A DNA stretch of 62,791 nucleotides, counting the filler, from Thermodesulfobacteriota bacterium (GTDB taxonomy: Bacteria; DASVDK01), in assembly GCA_036381125.1 (NCBI GenBank). It is 5 parts of 5 records of this genome, joined end to end, with 100 filler letters (N's around TTAATTAATTAA, not from the genome) between each part and the next. Parts side by side here need not be neighbours in the genome. Positions count along the whole stretch, not along the records: positions 57,672 to 62,791 come from DASVDK010000096.1; 4 more parts are not named here. One strand, given 5' to 3'. Numbering within the stretch: position 1 is the first letter of the stretch; the number at the start of each line of letters is the position of its first letter. The translations under genes and the position numbers were made by a program. The notes under the pieces are model-generated. The model was not told the origin of the DNA. It ran no database searches and saw only the letters and a list, made by a program, of their open reading frames with translations. Positions 61,840-62,791 of this stretch are shown one piece after another.

Positions 61840-62791
61840 CTACTCCCGTCCGCCCGCCGCCGCCCGCGCGGGCTCCGCCGACGGCGCGACCTGCAGGGCG
61901 GAATAGAGGATCGTCTGCGCCGTCGCCACGCCCTTGCCGATCTCCACCGGCACGCCGAGGTCCCTGAGCGCCATCTCGACCGCCGACACGACGCTGATCA
62001 CGTCGAACGGGTCGGACCAGCCGAGCGTCGCGATGCGGAAGACCTTCCCCTTCGCCTGCCCCTGGCCGCCGATGATCGTGACGCCGTACCGGTTGCGCAT
62101 GTGCTTGACGATCTTCCCGGTGTCGATGCCGGCCGGCCCGGTGATGACGGTCGTGGCCTCGGAGGGGGACTCGGCGAAGAGCGTCAGGCCGATGGCCACC
62201 ATGGCCTCGCGCGTGGCGCGCGCGAAGAGGGCGTGCCGCTCGAAGATGGCGTCGAGCCCCTCGGCCTTCATGATGGCCAGCGTGTCCCTCAGGCCGACGA
62301 TCAGGGAGACGGCCGGCGTCCAGGCGGTCTGGTTCTGGACGATGGCCTTCTTCTCCTTGCGGAAGTCGAAGTAGAAGCGGGGCGACCTCGACGCCTCGAC
62401 GAGCTTCCACGCCTTCGGCGACACCGCGACGAACGCGAGCCCCGGCGGCAGCATCAGCGCCTTCTGCGAGCCGGTGACGAGGACGTCGATCCCCCACTCG
62501 TCCATCCGGATGTCGAACACGCCGAGCGCCGTGATGGCGTCGACGACGAGCACCACGTTGTCGCGCGACCGCACGACGGCGGCGATCTCGCGCGTCGGGT
62601 GCTTGACGCCGGTCGAGGTCTCGCTGGCCGTCATGTAGACGGCCTTGATGGACGGGTCGGCGTCGAGCGCCGCCTTCACCTGCTCGGGCCGGACCGCCTT
62701 GCCCCACTCGACGTCGATGTTGGTGACCTGGACGCCGTAGGCCTGGCAGATGTTGGCCCACCGCTCGCCGAAGTTGCCGCCGCGGATCACG
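61840..62791 (-). CDS. Class V PLP aminotransferase (alanine/serine-glyoxylate type), 5' end outside the window
   Basis: ETSTGV, VDAIT, GSQKALMLPPG, GGQ...FRI; upstream of serA. Confidence 0.92.
   Translation of the reverse strand, partial: VIRGGNFGERWANICQAYGVQVTNIDVEWGKAVRPEQVKAALDADPSIKAVYMTASETSTGVKHPTREIAAVVRSRDNVVLVVDAITALGVFDIRMDEWGIDVLVTGSQKALMLPPGLAFVAVSPKAWKLVEASRSPRFYFDFRKEKKAIVQNQTAWTPAVSLIVGLRDTLAIMKAEGLDAIFERHALFARATREAMVAIGLTLFAESPSEATTVITGPAGIDTGKIVKHMRNRYGVTIIGGQGQAKGKVFRIATLGWSDPFDVISVVSAVEMALRDLGVPVEIGKGVATAQTILYSALQVAPSAEPARAAAGGRE

Overview
Very GC-rich bacterial DNA. Gene content and order (Dif-like chemosensory cluster, sirC-ccsA-hemA-hemC-cobA/hemD, aminotransferase-serA-hisZ-purA, several sigma54-type promoters) suggest a deltaproteobacterial/Myxococcota-like organism; this is an inference. 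The window is five contigs joined by artificial N/TTAATTAATTAA linkers (31863-31962, 43797-43896, 53614-53713, 57572-57671), so adjacency across linkers means nothing. Contig 1: an HNH endonuclease gene missed by the ORF track, dinG/yoaA, galU, lon, thiL, cheR-mcp-cheW-cheY-cheB-cheA-cheC-cheD-larB-larC-atypical kinase, mreBCD-mrdA-rodA, trxA, gmhA and a heme operon. Contig 2: dps, a MOT1-type transporter, a sensor kinase, a PT-repeat lipoprotein, ACAD/HxlR, lpxL, nth, cls. Contig 3: GT-C, a PLD-like lipoprotein, gtrA/gtrB, a lytic transglycosylase, a PPIase, comM, an M20 peptidase. Contig 4: NosY-like permease, Met-rich protein, TusA, SQR, ArsR, DUF302. Contig 5: purA, hisZ, serA, a class V aminotransferase. 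No rRNA, tRNA or CRISPR array was seen. Most genes are ordinary housekeeping. The best leads are: a 24-bp palindrome shared by the HNH upstream region and a distant intergenic site; an 81-bp REPIN/MITE-like repeat family; larBC plus a non-canonical kinase appended to the chemosensory cluster; a PLD lipoprotein with altered HKD motifs inside a Gtr-type glycosylation locus; several probable leaderless genes; and a probable CTG start for hisZ.
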